Source of the DNA: an uncultured Bacilli bacterium
GTDB lineage: Bacteria > Bacillota_I > Bacilli_A > RF39 > UBA660
Direction: 5' to 3'
Assembly: GCA_947589275.1 (NCBI GenBank)
Contig: CANQAQ010000002.1
Span: forward strand, 1 to 46,428
DNA: 46,428 nt
Each line of letters begins with the position of its first letter. Position 1 is the stretch's first letter. Positions 44,659 through 46,428 of the stretch are shown one piece after another. Below the pieces are notes generated by a model. That model worked only from the letters and a program-made list of their open reading frames with translations, was not told the DNA's origin and ran no database searches. The translations under genes and the position numbers were made by a program.

Positions 44659-45171
44659 TTATTTTTCTTCAATTTTAAATTCACAATCTAGTTCAATTTC
44701 AATAGTAAAGTCTTTTTCACCATATGGACTTTTTGGATATATAATTGCTTTTGTATTGGTTTTATTACATTCTTTTCCATCTTCATTTTTAAATTCTTTA
44801 ATTTTATTCTTATTACCTTCTTCATTATATTTTAATAAATTATCTAAATTTATTTTAATACCCATATCTTTATATCTTGATAGAAAATCTGATATTTCTT
44901 TAGATGTCTTATTTGCGGATATTTCCTTATAATAAAAATCTGTATAAAACTCTTTACCCATATTAGTTAAACTTTTAGAAAGTTTATCTTCTAATGATAC
45001 TTTGTAACTTGTTAATATAAAAACTACTACAAATACTATAATCAATAATACTGCTATTAAACAAATTTTAGCTATTTTTTTACCTTTTTGATTTTTAGTT
45101 AGAGTTTTCTCTTTTTCTTTTATTTCTTTTAAATTTTCATTTTCCTTCTTAATTATTTCTTTTTTAGCCAT
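44659..45171 (-). CDS. Hypothetical N-terminally anchored protein (170 aa)
   Basis: K/E-rich N-terminus, one TM segment (ICLIAVLLIIVFVVVFILT), and an extracytoplasmic domain of about 120 aa with two Cys. No family recognised. Confidence 0.55.
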   Translation of the reverse strand: MAKKEIIKKENENLKEIKEKEKTLTKNQKGKKIAKICLIAVLLIIVFVVVFILTSYKVSLEDKLSKSLTNMGKEFYTDFYYKEISANKTSKEISDFLSRYKDMGIKINLDNLLKYNEEGNKNKIKEFKNEDGKECNKTNTKAIIYPKSPYGEKDFTIEIELDCEFKIEEK

Positions 45172-45396
45172 AATATCACTTCTTTCTATAAATTTCAGTT
45201 ATTTTATATTTACTTATTAATAAACACTTTTTTAAATTCTTATTGTCATTTTTTATAGTAATAGCGTTTATAGAATGTTTTATTTAATACATATCATTTT
45301 CTACTATATTACTCTTATTACTTGAATTTTATAATATATAATACTTGTTGTCAATAATTTAAACATCATACTTTCTTTGTTATTATTTCATAACAT

Positions 45397-45422
45397 AAAA
45401 AGTGTTAATGGTAACATTAACA
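45397..45422 (-). terminator. Candidate terminator of the BclA-like gene (about 170 nt 3' UTR)
   Basis: On the minus strand, a TGTTAATG-TTAC-CATTAACA hairpin is followed by CTTTTTATG. Confidence 0.4.
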
Positions 45423-45593
45423 TTACAAATATAAAACTAAGTTTTGTGCGCACATTTTTTAGTTTTATACCTTATACCTATACTACTATATAAATTAATT
45501 ATAACATTGTAGATATTATGGTTTCAAGTATTTTTAATATTTTATAAGATATATTATAGTTAATAATTTATAAGAATTTATACATTTTTTATA

Positions 45594-46229
45594 TTAATCT
45601 AATAATTTTACTGATAAAGTTGCTTGGGTAACATTGCCACCTTGAGTTGAAGTTGTTGAAATTAATGCTAATGAAAGTTCAGAATCATTTTCTAAATCAA
45701 GTATAATACTTTTTGATAATGACCCAGTTACATTTGGTGATAATGTTAGAGTTCCTTTTGATTCTTCTATAGTTTGATCTTTATTTCTAACTGCAACTTC
45801 AAGATTACCAGAATCTGTTATAGTAGCTGAAATGTTATATGTAATTTCATAAATACCACCTTCAATTATAGTAATTGTATTACTTCCTAAAGTTACGTCA
45901 TAATCCTCCATTTCATTTTCTAAATTAACAGTTACTGGTGTTCCTGATATTTCCTGAAATTGTTGACTTGTAGTAGAATATAGTCCCCCATATGCATTAA
46001 GTCCAGCTGCTGGTCCTGTTGGACCTGTTGGGCCTGTTACACCTTGTACTCCAGCTATGCCTTGAGGTCCTATCTCACCAGTTGGACCTGCTGGACCCGT
46101 TGGACCAGTTGGTCCGGTAACTCCTTGTAATCCTGTTGGACCTGTTGCACCAGATACAAAACAATATTTGTTACATGGTTTAATAGTTGGCCAATCCTCT
46201 TTACAATCATTAAAGTTATGTGAATTCAT
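45594..46229 (-). CDS. BclA-like collagen-repeat spore-surface protein (intact paralogue)
   Basis: Cys-containing N-terminus, 16 GXY triplets rich in GPT ([25 protein letters not shown]...), and a C-terminal globular domain of about 135 aa. The ATG at 46229 (MNSHNF) follows AGGAG. The ORF-track start lies upstream of that SD. Confidence 0.8.
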   Translation of the reverse strand: MNSHNFNDCKEDWPTIKPCNKYCFVSGATGPTGLQGVTGPTGPTGPAGPTGEIGPQGIAGVQGVTGPTGPTGPAAGLNAYGGLYSTTSQQFQEISGTPVTVNLENEMEDYDVTLGSNTITIIEGGIYEITYNISATITDSGNLEVAVRNKDQTIEESKGTLTLSPNVTGSLSKSIILDLENDSELSLALISTTSTQGGNVTQATLSVKLLD

Positions 46230-46327
46230 ATTTTCATCTCCTTTCATGATATTTTATGAAAAAAGAAAAATTAGAATTAGTTAAGCAAACTATACACTTA
46301 AATTATAGTTATTATGTATAAAAGGAC

Positions 46328-46353
46328 ATAAAAAAAGAACTATTTTTTAGTTC
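46328..46353 (-). terminator. Terminator of an upstream minus-strand gene lying outside the window
   Basis: On the minus strand, an AGAACTA-AAAAA-TAGTTCT hairpin is followed by TTTTTTTATG. Confidence 0.5.
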
Positions 46354-46428
46354 TATTTATTGAAACACTAACTGCAAATCCATACCTAAATATAACAATT
46401 GAGTTTGTGTAATAAACATATGGCAGGG

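Noticed and set aside
46230-46270. Upstream ATG (MKGDEN...) for the BclA-like gene, and a CATAAAATA sigmaK-like -10 box just upstream
   Set aside because: The upstream ATG has no SD and itself overlaps the AGGAG that serves the ATG at 46229. The CATAnnnTA match lacks a convincingly spaced -35 AC and would leave almost no leader, so I do not call a promoter.

Overview
Visibly very AT-rich chromosomal segment (rough estimate about 25% G+C, not computed) from an endospore-forming, low-GC Firmicute. It looks Clostridia- or Erysipelotrichia-like, but finer placement needs a database search. I support 49 protein genes (44 on the minus strand) and three tRNAs: His-GUG, and an adjacent Glu-CUC/Gln-CUG pair. 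I also call several intrinsic terminators, a sigmaG/F-type SASP promoter, and a complete sigmaA-type copper-operon promoter with a CsoR operator in its spacer. I saw no rRNA, CRISPR array, transposase or integrase. The backbone has sporulation genes (spoIVA 5' part, spoVIF, alpha/beta SASP, yunB, yutD, spoIID, a PBP5-type carboxypeptidase). Housekeeping genes are der, engB, nrnA, ackA, rluB, uppP, rmuC, ddl, a NifS-TtcA pair and csoR-copA. The parts worth a second look follow. (1) A co-transcribed pair of giant surface proteins. One looks like an internal-thioester (TQxA-type) covalent adhesin ending in a non-LPXTG NISTG signal. The other is a 1311-aa N-anchored protein that is mostly unrecognisable. 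Two small unknown genes lie upstream. (2) A tRNA-flanked islet holds an orphan XhlA, a beta-helix surface protein with an NPKTS sorting signal, and a class B sortase. The stop codons of the surface protein and sortase genes overlap convergently. The islet also carries a BclA-like collagen gene split into two TAATG-overlapping ORFs, and a third intact paralogue lies 6 kb away. (3) A CwlC-like Amidase_3 plus five LysM repeats that has no signal peptide, with the residues aligning to the zinc and catalytic positions substituted. (4) A two-gene thiol-disulfide relay: a cytoplasmic Trx plus a secreted Trx-like domain fused to a DsbD/CcdA-like membrane domain. (5) An orphan pair of DUF2229-type (CoA-enzyme-activase-related) proteins with no ATPase module nearby. 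(6) A CopZ-like domain fused in frame to the C-terminus of CopA that keeps its own perfect Shine-Dalgarno and ATG. All functional calls rest on motif recognition from memory, and no searches were run. The ORF track uses the longest GTG/TTG/ATG start, so I re-set several starts where an SD sequence or a promoter makes the shorter form clearly better.
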